Source of the DNA: Octopus bimaculoides
Taxonomy: Eukaryota
DNA: 64,000 bases
Assembly: GCF_001194135.2 (NCBI RefSeq)
Contig: NC_068981.1
Span: 171,247,411 to 171,311,410, forward strand
Direction: 5' to 3'
Shown here: positions 51,614 through 64,000 of the stretch, in pieces
Numbering within the stretch: the stretch's first letter is position 1
How the letters are laid out: each line of letters begins with the position of its first letter
Position numbers and translations under genes: made by a program
The notes under the pieces: model-generated
What the model was told of the DNA's origin: nothing
Database searches by the model: none
What the model saw: the letters and a program-made list of their open reading frames with translations, nothing else

Positions 51614-51650
51614 GGGAAGCAGGCTTCTTACCACACAGCCGCGCCTCGCC
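51614..51650 (-). mobile_element. SINE family B head, upstream half (A box + TSD)
   Basis: GGCGAGGCGCGGCTGTGTGGT-AAGAAGCCTGCTTCCC. Confidence 0.88.
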
Positions 51651-51664
51651 TACGTCTATATATA

Positions 51665-52841
51665 TTGAGTTATCCCATAAATAATGCTTTTTTTTTAATA
51701 CTTTTATCTTTCAAAATTTAATCTAAAATATACTCTCCTTCATTTTCTACAATGCTCTTCCATCTATCTGGTAAACTTTCAAGGCCTCTCTTCCAAACTT
51801 CACCTGTTTGTGATGAAAAATACTCCTCCAGTACTGTTCCGACCTCGTCTAGAGTCCATATTTTTTCGTCGAAATGATTTTGAAGACTGAAGAATAAATG
51901 ATAATCAGATGGGGAAATGTCTAGCGAATATGGTGGGTGGGGCATCACTTCGCATTCAAATTGCTCCAACCTTTGGGATGTCATCCTTGCTGTATGTGGA
52001 CGCTCATTATCTTCCTGGAAGAACACCTTTCGTCTTGAAACCAAAAATGGTCGTTTTCCTTCTAGCGCTGACTTAAGCCGTTCAAGCAGCTCGCAGTAGA
52101 TCGACTTCGTTATCGTTTGGTTTGGTTTGGTTTGGTCTTAAAAATTCAACGTGGACTAAACCTTTCATTTCCCACCAAACAGATAATAGCTCCTTACGTG
52201 TGGTGTGAAGAGTTTCTTTAGCCTGGGGTGCCGGTGTTTCTCTTTCCCTACACACTGTCTTCGGCGCTTGACATTTTCACAGAGAACCCATTTCCCGTTA
52301 CAAGTCACTTTTCGGTCCCAAAAAAGGTTCATTAGTGAGATATGGCTGCCTTTTCCGATGCCACGCAGGTGTCGATGAATGGTTAAATGACCAAATCCAA
52401 GCTTCTCTGTTAGTTCCTCAACAGTTAAGATGGGACTTTGTTTCACCAAGGTTTGCAGGACGTTCTCGTCAAGATCCACAGATCTTCCAGGACGAGACTC
52501 GTCTTCTAAGCTGTAGTTTCAGGTTCGGAGTTTTGGGAACCACCGTTGACACTGGCTTACGCTTATTGTCCGAATCCCATATGCTACATTAATATCCCTC
52601 GCACTCTCCGTTGCGTTGTTACCTTTATTGAACTCATAAAACAAGATATACTGAATATGCTCCTTTGTCTCTTCCATTATAGCTTTGAAAAAATAACTTA
52701 AAATCGAACTGCACTCTTCAAAACTTACACTAAAAATAAGGACAAGGTAAAATTACTACCTGCTCTTATAGCTTATCCCGTTCCCCTCCGACTTTTAGTT
52801 CATGCAATTGAAAACACCGCATTACTTATGGAATGACCTAA
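51665..52841 (-). mobile_element. Mariner element with both TIRs, internally deleted transposase
   Basis: TIRs TTGAGTTATCCCATAAATAATGC and TTAGGTCATTCCATAAGTAATGC (right end, reverse-complemented), with TA flanks; FFQEDNERPH, HPPYSLDISPSDYHLF, LPDRWKSIVENEGEYILD*. Confidence 0.92.
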
Positions 52842-53099
52842 TAAATTATAATTGTTTTTCCCTTCCACTAATTTATATTACAAATAAGTTTAAATTCTCT
52901 TTAAATTTTTGCCTTTACGCAGAAGCAGAGTTTTTGAAGTATCTTACATTTTTAACTTTCAGTAACGTATCAAATTCCTAGTCAGTGATATAATCAACCA
53001 TCACTGCTAGGACACCTAAAATCTGATGAGAACTTATAATAACTTAACGTCTCCCTGAGTAGAACCACAAATACCGAATCAGAATGTTTGAATTCAGCA

Positions 53100-53800
53100 A
53101 ATGCAAATTAGCTATAGGAAGATGATCTTTTCTCATTCACTTCTCAAGGAATTTTTACACCACTAACATTTTTAATATTCTCTTTCTTTTCGCCTTTGTC
53201 CAATAAAAGGATACCCAATCCGCGTGAATGTATTAATATTACTTTGGCTGATCGGGCAGGAGAATTAAAGACAAAAAAAATCATAGTTTAACCTACTGGA
53301 TGTACTCCAACCCAATCTACAGCAACTTAAGTGTGATTATATGTATAAGTGGATGCAAGTCTAAAAATACTACTTCAACAGGTCTTTATATACTTTACAC
53401 TTATCAACTTTGGGGCATATTTCACTGCACTATCTGTTCATAAAGATGATTCCAAATTTTGATAAACTTTAGTATTCCTTATTACCGCTCAGATCTACAG
53501 ATCACGTCATTTTTTCTTATATTTTAAAACTATTTCATAAAATCCTTATGCACTCTTCATTTTCTTACTAAGCAGAGTTTATAATGTTTGCAATATTAAT
53601 TATTCACATGCTAGTGGTCTGTTGTATTACTTATAATATTATCAATTCTCATACACTCTATTATACAGTAAATTCCCAACAGATTTTAATGCGCTCACAT
53701 TCGACTATACTTGGAAGCTGGTCTTTTTTCTTACCGCATTAATTTATGCTGTCTCCATATCAATCCCAATGGGTTGTAAATGCCTTGTTATCAAAATTTA
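53100..53800 (-). mobile_element. Possible highly decayed CR1-type LINE RT remnant
   Basis: Traces resembling DFxKAF and WxMxFNxDKCKV on the minus strand. Confidence 0.3.
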
Positions 53801-54949
53801 TCTTATATTCATCATTTTTGTCTTCATATATTCCATTCACTTAACAAATGTGTTAAAACATAGCTGTGTGCCACACATCATGTATGCTGGAGCTTAGGTG
53901 TTTGTCTACCGGGAATTTATTTATCTTGGTAATATATTCTTGAGATTTGTTACTCTATTGCAAAAGTCAATGTTTTAATCTCAAAAATTAGGTTTGTTTT
54001 TCTTATCAGTCACTATCACCATTAGTATTTACTCATTCATCTAATGCACCTTTTCAAAGTCTAAAATAATACAATCGTTATTCATTTATCTTGGTTTTTA
54101 TAAACTCTTTCAACAGCTTGAATGGTATTGCTTTCTTATTATATAACGTTATTTCTCTTCATTCCTAGCTAATCAATCTTACTCCATATTTACAAACATC
54201 ATTCACAGACCATGCACTGTTCAGAGTATGGTTATTAATTTCTTTTTGTTTTCCTATCTAACAGATGATACTTTCTGTCTGAGGTCTCAAGCTATTCATT
54301 ATGAACAAACACTACTTAGCTTGCATGACTGATCTTGCTGATGTTATGTTATTTCTGATATAGATGAAGATTACCTTTCTTACGAAGTACTATGATCATC
54401 GACTAAGCACAGAATGTAAGCCATTTACCAGTCTGCTAGATTTTATTTCAAATAGACTTTAGGATATTTATCGTAGCCTGTCCTTAGTGCTTCAATATTT
54501 CAGCATCATTTCCGTCACCTACTTTTCCTCTTTTAGAGATCTAATTGCAGATCTCGCATGATTAGAGAATCGTTGTTCTTCAAAAATCTATGTTAGTTCA
54601 ATACATTTGGATCCATGCTGCTCTGTAGTTGAAAAGTTCTGAGTCTTTTGTTTTTACATTTACTTTGGTGAGGCATTTGCCAGTTGTGGCACCTCTCTGT
54701 TTCGTTGTTGGAACGGCTGATTAAGTATCTATATATTTTAGTTACCCATCTTTGTGTTTTTACACGTTTTCCCTCAAAAGTTCTCTTTTGATCTCTATAT
54801 ATGTTGTTTTTTTTTTGTTACGTTATCTGTCATTTATTTCCTGTTATAATTATTTTCTCTAAAATTGTGTGTGATGCTTATCTGGATTTGCGTCAGTTTT
54901 GTTACCAGGAACTTAGCAACTTGGATTGCGGGACAAAGGTTTAATGCCT

Positions 54950-55480
54950 AAAGACTAATTAAGAACCGCATAGACAATGACTACTCTCATTAACCTCAAG
55001 ACAATATGGAGAGATATGAATCCCGCCATAAGAGGCAAAATCAAACTCTTGCAAGGTAATGCTACTTTCTACCAAAGCAGACGCAAAATTGACTCTCATT
55101 GGAAAACACAAACACTGGAAATGGTCAGCATTTTAGCCATCTCGTACTCGGAACACATCATAATTGGTGATGTTCGTGAAACCAGCCATGCTACAATAGG
55201 CTCCATGGATACATTCTCACAACGGCAAAAAACCCCAGAAAAACAGAGTTCATGAAAATGTATCAAGATATAGTAGCAGACCTATCTAAAAGAACATTCA
55301 GCGGCGGAAAGAGAGTCGATCTGAGGAAAAGATGGACTGACACGCTAAAGAAACGGATAAGCAAATTATTAAAATCGGATTTCGGCTTGGGTACACAACC
55401 CTGAGAGATGTGTAAAACTGGTATACAGTATGTAACGACAGTTCCTCTACGACTCCATCGGATGTTGAAAGCGTTCTCAC
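54950..55480 (+). mobile_element. RTE-clade LINE ORF2 C-terminal remnant
   Basis: INLKTIWRD..., ILAISYSEHI and KRWTDTLKKR match the RTE post-RT segments. Confidence 0.55.
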
Positions 55481-55599
55481 ATAAACATCCACTCTAGCCT
55501 TCTCTATTTCAATTTGAGATTGAATAAATTCGTAACAATAATGGTTAAATTCTTACAAGAACTTACAACCTGATTTATTTTATATTGCAACCATATAAG

Positions 55600-56100
55600 A
55601 ACTAATTTCCTCTTTTTGAAAAATCCCTTCATAATCATTTCATTCATTTCTTTTTTGCCCTTACCTATGTATCTAATAGCTTCATTATCTGTTTTATGCT
55701 CTTCTTGTCCGGTGACTGCATACCATTACTTTTCACTATCTTTCCTCGTTTTATTATAAAGGTTCCACATTCTTTAATCATGAACTATATCCCAATATCT
55801 TCACCAAATCCATATTCTGTTCCTACTAAATAGTCTATTTATTCAAATACTTTGCGAACAGATTCAAATCATCCATGAAGATAATTTACTTTATAATGTC
55901 ACCCTCTAAAAACATATATACGGGCCTTATCATTTTTAGCAGCAGTGGCAAAAATATCAAACCTGTTCCAACAAGCAAAAAAGGTCAAGCTATTCTCATG
56001 GACAATTCCTCTATTGATTTAAACAGTTCCTGCCTTTTCACTACAGCAGATTATATTTTCTTTTTACACTAAATGTCCTTTTATTCTATTCTATTCCTGC
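55600..56100 (-). mobile_element. R4/Dong-type RT remnant
   Basis: Minus strand IIFMDDLNLFAK followed by FGEDIGI*FMIKEC, matching R4-clade LFMDDLKLFAK...FSxDIGMxFGxxKC. Confidence 0.55.
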
Positions 56101-57579
56101 CATCTTTAGACATGTTATTATCCAACAATGAAGAATCATGACTTACGCCTTCTTTATTATTGATGCATGACATTGTGAGATTTGTATGTCACTTCATATG
56201 GTACTAAATGATTAATGTACAGACTCGTAATTGATGCTTAGTATATGAACAGTCATTCAGCCTTCTTTCTCCTCTATTTGTAATATATTCTGGATATCTA
56301 ACATCTAAATGAATTATTACACATTATAAAGCTGTCAATAACGTTATCCGTTTCAAATTGTTAGCTGCATTGCTTTTGTTTTAGCCCATCTGGGATTAAT
56401 AACACTAACTTCTTTCACAATTTCAGACAAAGTTTCTCTGATGCATAAAATATCATTTAAATGTTTTATCATTATCCCATAGTTGATGACATTTTCAAGA
56501 AAACAAATTACCGTGCATTTCATCACAATCCAGGAAATTTCTCGTTTGGTCGTTTTTCTAACAATTCGCGTGTTTTACTTTTCATTGCAAATAAGCTTTA
56601 ATTTCACGTTGTTTTTGTCACTATTTTGCCTTTTGCTTTCTGTAATCAGTTACTCAATATCTTCAACCAATAACATTTTCTCCTTCTGCATTATATATCA
56701 TAATTCTTTCCTTTAACACCTTCATATATATAAAACCATTTTTCTTTCGTATAGAGTATCATATTCTCTTAATATGTTTTAAAATCTTCTAATGTGTTCT
56801 TACATATTCTCGAAATTCCCTATTAAAGAGTTTGTTTTTGTTTTCTATTATCATTAGTAAAATTATGGCTGTATTCATGATTAATCATATATACGCTATG
56901 TACTGTTTCTAAAATTAGTGTAGAGTTTCCTTATTATTCCAGAATATTGATAAATTTTTTATTGGGTATTGCTGGTTTGGGAGAAGTAAAAGTTACTCAG
57001 AATTCGAAAGATAGTGACAAGTCCGTACATATTTCATCTATTTTAAACCGCTTACGCGATTTTTTGCTGCAGATACCTGTTTTATGTATTTGCAAAGTAG
57101 TGTACACCAGTAGGCATGAGAACGTAATACATTGGTCGCAGAAATCACAGTATTTTGTTAATTTCAAGCCATTAAGATTTTTAAAATTATTGAATAGTGT
57201 ATCGTATTGACTTCAATAGACTATGTCGTTTCCCCGCAGAGTTTACGTTTGCAGTAATAAAAGAAAGAAATATTAATACCCAAAACATTAACTGAACGCA
57301 AAGAAAATTGGTTTTTCTATACCTGGTTGGGATTATTTGCATCCGTTACTTACTTATTTCACTCAGAAACGACATGAACATCGTATATTATTTCATTTCT
57401 AATATTTATTACGTTGAGTCAAAATAAACCAATATTATATATTAGATTCCTGAAATTAGTAAAACAAAACTGTGGACATAAGATGTGTGTGTGTGTACTT
57501 ACATACACCCACACACACATATATATGCACATATATATATGTATGTGTGTGTGTATATGCACACAAGTTTGTTACATTA

Positions 57580-58150
57580 TCTTAAACACTGTCTGATATC
57601 GACTCTTGTGCTACATGGGCTTTATATGAAAATACTGAGTCTTGCTGAAACATGTATGACCTACCTCTGGTTACATCTTTCAACCAAGGTTTAGCAACAT
57701 TCTCCTGCACCCCAACGTATCTAACAGCATTAACTCTCAAACCATGTGAAAAGATGTAAAGTTGCATGACATGACCGTCCATGCTTATCAATTGTAAAGG
57801 AATCACATTTGCTGGAAATTAGTATCTATCACTCTGGGGACATCAGAATGATCTGCGTATAATAAGCTGTGATGATTTCTTCACCTAGACGTTTCGATTT
57901 ATTTGAAGTTGTTTTTCGACAGAGAAGAGCCAAACCATCTCATGTCAGTGAAGATTTTTAACCTTGTTTACTAACCGATTGGCACGGATGAACTGATATC
58001 TCTATACTATATATGTTACATATCGGATATCCTCGTGCACCAGAGTTCTAATAGTCCACTCTGACTCTTCACGTTCTTAGGCGTTTGCTTTCTTAGATTT
58101 TCAGAAATCATTAATGATAACGTTTTGAGCCCGTAGGATGAACTACAAGG
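57580..58150 (-). pseudogene. maT/DD37D-like Tc1-mariner transposase fragment
   Basis: GHVMQLYIFSHGLRVNAVRYVGVQENVAKPWLKDVTRGRSYMFQQDSVFSYKA; upstream WFGSSLSKN region corresponds to WFFSDEKNF. Confidence 0.75.
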
Positions 58151-58339
58151 TCCTTCTGGTGTCTGAATTTCTATTTAGACTTTGGCAAGTAATTCTTTCT
58201 TTAGTCGGGGTCGGTGTAGCTATGTGCAAGAACTATATGCGTATATGTGCATGTATCTATGTATGTATGTAAGTATGTATGTATATATGTATGTGTGTAT
58301 GTATGTATGTAACTATGTAGGAATGTGTATAAATGTATG

Positions 58340-59250
58340 TGTGTCATTATTCAGTTGTATTTCAAGATTGTTTGCCAATAGAACAAGCGCTGGTTTTTAA
58401 CCTAGATCCAAGGCTCCTTCATTGAAATTTCAACATTAACAGGGTATTTTGTATGTATGTATGTATGTATGTATGTATGTATGTATGTATGTATGCATAT
58501 ATGTATGTATGTATGTATGTATGCATTTATGTATGTATATTTGTATGTTTTGTTTTATGTATATCTTTTCATGCATGTACGTGCACATCTAGACATGCTC
58601 ATATATATTTAAATGATAAACGTCTAGAAAGTTTTATAAATTTTTACAGTTCTAGTGATGGAATGGTTCTGTAGTCTTCGAATTATCCGTCTCTTTTCTG
58701 GTTTTGAGAAGCCTAATTTCTCAAGATAGGTATTTAGGCAGTGTGTTACATATCCCAGTGCCCCAATAATTGCAAGTATAAACCTGAACTTGTAATCTAG
58801 ATAGAGTAACTGAAGATTCCTCACTAGTTCAGCGTAGGTATTCTGTTTTTCACTGGGTTTTCAGCTTTATGGTAATATCCGCTGGGCAGCTAATTTCCAC
58901 AACTGTATACAGTTTCTCTCCTCTATCCCAAATCATTATTCCAGGTTTGTTGTGCTTATATATTCAGGTTTTCATTGGGACATTCCACCAGTTCTTCTTT
59001 TTATTAGGAGTGGCTATGGCTTCTACCATACTTATTTCTTTGTCCTGAGGGTTATTTTTCCGACAGATTTAATTATAGTGTCCTATCTTCAACATCATGT
59101 CTCATCGGTAGATAATACCGTGATAACATTTTTACACAACTGCATATAATGTGGGTGATATCTTCGGTGTTAACTTCACAAAGTCTTCATCGGTTGTCAC
59201 ATTTTACTGCTTTTTCCAGTATCTCCGTCGCTTTCGTACATCAGGTATTT
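58340..59250 (-). mobile_element. REL-type non-LTR retrotransposon 3' portion (second family), with (TACA)n in the 3'UTR and flanks
   Basis: KCDNR*RLCEVNTEDITHIICSCVKMLSRYYLPMRHDV (CCHC knuckle + RHD), HNKPGIMIWDRGEKLYTVVEISCPAD (PD..E), IIGALGYV, RRLQNHSITRTVKIYKTF. Confidence 0.85.
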
Positions 59251-59354
59251 GGTATATATGTATGTGTATGCATTATGTGTGGGTATGTATGTATGTGTAT
59301 ATATACGTATGTATGCATGTATGGATGTATGTGTATATGTATGTATGTATATTA

Positions 59355-59460
59355 TCAATCAGTTTCATTTCTGTATTTCTTGTCCATAGAGAAAGAGCCG
59401 GACTCTAACATAGATTCAAGGCTCCTTCATTGGAACTTTTATCAACATCATCTAGGTATT
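59355..59460 (-). mobile_element. Second copy of the same element's terminal 3'UTR
   Basis: TAGATTCAAGGCTCCTTCATTGGAACTTT matches TAGATCCAAGGCTCCTTCATTGAAATTTC at ~58400-58435. Confidence 0.8.
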
Positions 59461-59574
59461 TGTGCATATGTGTGTGTATATGTATGTATCTATGTATGTA
59501 TGTATGTATGTATGTATGTATGCATGCATGTATGTATGCAAGTATGCATGCATATACTCATGTATTTGTGTTCG

Positions 59575-59708
59575 TCAGTGCGTCTATCTCCTACCAAGTT
59601 TGTCAGCTTCCACCGGTTATGGGTGTTAACGTCAACTCTGGTGGATTTAGAACTTCCAGCCGAAAAGAGACGTTACCAAATTCCTCAAGCCACCTAGTTC
59701 AGCGCTGT
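59575..59708 (-). mobile_element. Very diverged tRNA-derived SINE-like fragment
   Basis: GGAAGTTCTAAATCCACCAGAGTTGAC resembles the family A B-box/body. Confidence 0.4.
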
Positions 59709-60951
59709 CATTTCTGATTTTCACCGAACTTTCTATGAATTATAAATGGTTTCTGAGCGTGTCAACTTTGGTTTCTGTCTCCTTTAATTGTCTCTTCGTA
59801 ATTTCATTCTTTTTTATATAAGTTATTTTAATTGCCTATACTTTGTACTTTAATTGCTCTGCCAATTGTATTTTGTTTATGATTTTTAGTTAAACGCTAA
59901 TTGTTTTTGATATTAATTCAAAAAAGCAATGAAACAGTATTTTCAAAAAATTATGGCTAGCAAAACATGATTGCATGATAAAGTCTACCTGAGCGCGTTT
60001 GTTTGTGCATATATCTGTATGTGTATTTATTTGTGTCTTTCTTTGATTTTTAAAACTTTTCTCTTAATTATATTTGGAACCAGCTTAATTTATCTTTCGT
60101 ATATGATGATAATATTTCTTGAATAAAATACGTGATATTGGAAACTTACATAACATTTAAAGTTGCACATGACGTAACAAAATTGCTTTGATTGCATTAC
60201 GACATGACCACCACAAGCGAAACGGCAAGTTTATGGGAAATAACTTCTCAAACTTTCAATAAGCTGTGTAAGCTGTAAGGTTAGAGGTCACAATTATGAT
60301 AGTGATAGTTGAAAAACACGTCATTCCTTCTCTTTTTTTTTTTTTTTTTTTTTCCAAGGTGGATTGAAATAATGCAGAAGGGTAAATAGTTGAAACAAGA
60401 TCTGAGTTTGAGACCATTGTTGATGTTTCGCTTCAACATAGCCCTAACTGGGATACTGAGATCTAATCGAATGCACTGTAGTATGATTATCAAGTACTTG
60501 TTTTGTTTTTTTTTCTATACCAACGATTATCCTACGTAATAAAACCTCCCTATTGCGAGCAAGTAGAACAAACATTCAAATGTTCTTTTCGCTGGTTTGA
60601 AGTACATAGTCTTCGAGTTGTTACATTCAGATTGTGCACGGTGTGCTTGGGGAACCTGCAAGTTATTATGAAGATGTGCTCTGCTTTTGACAAGCAGTAA
60701 CGATTTTTATTATTTTCACAAGGACATAGGTTATGATAGTAAGCAGAACAATTTGTTTGTACTTCGTGGATGTTTAAAGTACTAATCACAGAAGGCATGA
60801 TTTGAACTTACAAGATAGGAAGACAAAAGACGCGTCACCCTATCAAGAGAGACTTACCACCATTTAGACAAGTAATAGTCAAAATACAGTTCGAAAGAAG
60901 CGGGAAACCGCAGGAAATTTAGCAACATATATATATATATATATATATATA

Positions 60952-61570
60952 GGGAGAATTCGCTTAAGTCGTCAAATATGAAATTTGTATAAAAGAAAAA
61001 AAGTTTGCGAATGTTTTGTAAATACAAGGGATAGTTTTATTCGTAAAAGTATGCACCCATATTGTCAATAAACCTTTGCCATTTCAGCGGTAGCTTGTCC
61101 AGCACGGAACTGTAAAATTCTAGCAATCTAGAGTCAATAAGATCTTGGAAGGCCTGTTTTAAAGCATCGTCAGAATTAAATTATTTTCCTATCAAAGGGT
61201 TATCCAAATTCTGGAACATGTGGTAGTCAGTGGAGGCAAGATCAGGTATGGTGGATGATGGAGAACTTCTAACTCCTGTAGTTTTGCCAATGTCACTTTT
61301 GTGATGTGTGGCCTGGCGTTGTCTTGCAATAAAATAAGAGTGGATCTGTTGACTAATCTAGGCTGTTTTTTGCAAGTTTCTGCATCATTTGGTCCTGTTG
61401 CCTGCAGTATACTTCGGCCGCCGTTGATGAACCCGGTTTAAGGACATCATTATAGATCACACCTGCGCCAGACCACCAAACACACACCATCAGCTTCTTT
61501 TGATGAGTTTTGCTTTTTGGACTGTGTTTTGGTGGCTCATCATTGTTCAACCATTGTGCTGAACGTTTGA
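60952..61570 (-). mobile_element. Mariner 3' half (truncated)
   Basis: AQWLNNDEPPKHSPKSKTHQKKLMVCVWWSGAGVIY, DNARPH and HPPY in shifting frames; ends in (TA)n. Confidence 0.85.
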
Positions 61571-61967
61571 ATGTGTGTGTGTATACATACATATACATAT
61601 GTTAATATTTATTTATATTTATATCTACATATAAGAAAATTATTGAACAGAGATCGAGATGTGAGATGTTTATATTAGATAGATATAGGTAGCTAAGTAG
61701 GTAAGAAGGTGTACATATTAATATATATGCATGCTGTAATTCTTAGGCAGAATCAATAAGTTGTAGTGAGTGACATTTTTGCACTTTCTGAACTATGGAT
61801 AGATTCCATACGAAGGACTTCTATAGAGTTTCCACCGACCCAATTTTAATTAAGAGGTGTGAATTCTTTCGAGACTATGTAAAATATCGTCTCTCCAAGA
61901 TTGAACCCGGTACCGAATGTTTTGCGCGAACGAGCTTTTTCACTAATCGGCTATACTGTGTCTTGTA

Positions 61968-62033
<66 letters not shown>

Positions 62034-64000
62034 TTCTGAGATAGCACTTTAGTTCGATTAAAATTGAGTGGCAACCATGAAGAGACCATCAAAAATTGTC
62101 AGGTTTATAATGTGTGAAACCCCGCCCATATATGTGTGTGTGTGTGCGCGTGCGCGCGCTTGTGTGTGTGTTATCTATATATGGATGTGTATACGTATGT
62201 ATATATTTATGGAGACTCTACACATTCGCGCATACTTTTTGATGGCTTCTTCATGGTAGACACACATCAGTAACCTAATTAAAGCAACATCTCAACAATT
62301 AGACTTCTTTTTGTGTCACCAAATATTTCCACACTAAACATCTGATCTTCTACATGATACAGGTATATACATAAATCAGCGCATGACTCACATAGTTGAC
62401 ATGATGCCTTGCAAAATGACTTTTAAATCGGATCCAAAAATTGGTCACTAACACAATTCAGGTCACAAATAAGTTGAGACTCTTCTGTTTCACCAGCAGA
62501 GGAAGACGTCCATTACCTATGATCTGTTTTGAACGGCATCCGCATTGGCGGAAGTAAGGGAAAGAAATTAAGACTGCAAATCTGGTCCAAATCCTTGTTA
62601 ACCAAGTGTATAATAGTAATACAGACGAAGTTGCAACGCGAATCAAATGTAAATCGTTAAAAAAGCCAACATCGCTTATTGAAATGAGTCGGGAGTTATT
62701 CCTTATACTGATACCCAATTAAACACTTCACAAATTGCAGGCAAGCAATCGACCATTTGAAGTGAAAAGAAACGGAAAATTATTCTCACTTCCTCACCTG
62801 TCACCTAGGCTGATAGCAGTTTTTCGAGTTTTCAGTTTTAATAAACACATTTTAATCATACCCAACCTTAAGGCGTTGCACCGAGATGCAAATGACTGAA
62901 ATTCTTCGAGCTGAAATAAATAAATTTATATCAGATTGCTAAAAACGAAAAAAACATACAATATTGATTTTGGTTCATATTTATGTTATTTCTCTTAATA
63001 TTTTATCATATTATTTTAAACGAGATTCGATCAAATATTGACCATTTTAGAATACATTTAACCTAATATTTTTGGTTTCTTTCAGATTTCATTTACAGAT
63101 GTTGTTGATACTTAATTAACTTCGTCGATTTGATTTTTGTCTCATGCAGTGCAAATGGCAAACCGACAGCCATATTGTCATTAGGTTCCTGGAGCGAATA
63201 TTCCTATAACATGACGCCATCAACGAAATATTATTAAATGGGAAAATAATCACTTTAGTTAGCTGCAGATGTTGACACAAAACTGTTCTTAAAATTAAGG
63301 TTTCCTGACTTGCTAATCAAATTGCCTATACATATAAACATGCCTCAATAAGCATTATTTGCTTGACAGCGAATGATTGGTATCTAGCGAGAACAGCTAA
63401 ACCCTAATGTCGTTTATTGAACGTAATATTAAGTCATTTCTGACATGTACATAGTTTCATGTCGCAGTGATCAAATATTATTGTGCTTGGCAGAAGATGG
63501 ACTTCAGAAAACACCAAGTCAATTATCATAATTGATATCAAATATTTGGATAGATATCCATGATGCTCTTGCCAAAAAGATGGAACATTCGTCTAATATT
63601 GATTGGAATACACATAACACTAATAGAACTACATCTGATACATTCTAAACTATCAGGTTGTTATACATTTGAAACAAAATATTTGATATGATATTAACCA
63701 AATTATAACGAAAGAAAGCAAATAAAGTACTACTCTACACATATAATAACACATGCCGTTAATATTTGAATGTATCTGTAACAAATTGTGGACGGTTCTT
63801 TTTCTCTGGCAATTCGTTTCCTCCTGTAACTGATTTTATTGTTCGTATCAACAGTAAATCGTTCTAATTGTGACATTAAATAAAGATAAGGTACGCGCTT
63901 AATAATTTCTTTCAAACAATTCTTTAAAAAACTGTTTCTTTCCATATAACAAAGAGAACCATTCTTTAGGATTGTACTTAGTAATAAATGATAGGAATTT

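Noticed and set aside
62458-62718. 86-aa minus-strand ORF and an open plus-strand frame
   Set aside because: No recognisable domain or convincing splice context.
87-64000. Many ORFs rich in YI/CV/HT/SL/IYLS or poly-I/N/Y repeats, or spanning X runs
   Set aside because: They are translations of microsatellites and N gaps, not genes.

Overview
AT-rich, repeat-dominated animal genomic DNA with scaffold gaps. The density of di-, tri- and tetranucleotide microsatellites and the tRNA-derived SINE families suggest an octopus/cephalopod (inference). No host protein-coding gene could be identified with confidence; most ORFs in the track are microsatellite or N-gap artefacts. The recognisable content is decayed transposons: four mariner copies, a maT/DD37D-like fragment, a long-TIR Tc1/IS630-like element, a Helitron derivative, RTE, Tx1/L1 and R4/Dong-type LINE remnants, a Penelope-like terminal repeat pair, and about a dozen SINE copies from three families. 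Best observations: (1) a 1.46-kb ORF1-only (HAL1-like) Tx1 element inserted with a 16-bp TSD into the tRNA head of a SINE, plus a SINE with a similar 3' tail that also sits in a SINE head, suggesting a SINE-targeting Tx1 system with non-autonomous passengers; (2) two divergently oriented Penelope-type minimal hammerhead ribozyme motifs; (3) an R4/Dong-like insertion with a 3' end and (TAA)n tail at both ends; (4) a recurrent ~40-bp CTAG-bounded hairpin tied to Helitron ends. All family assignments come from motif recognition by eye, not database searches.
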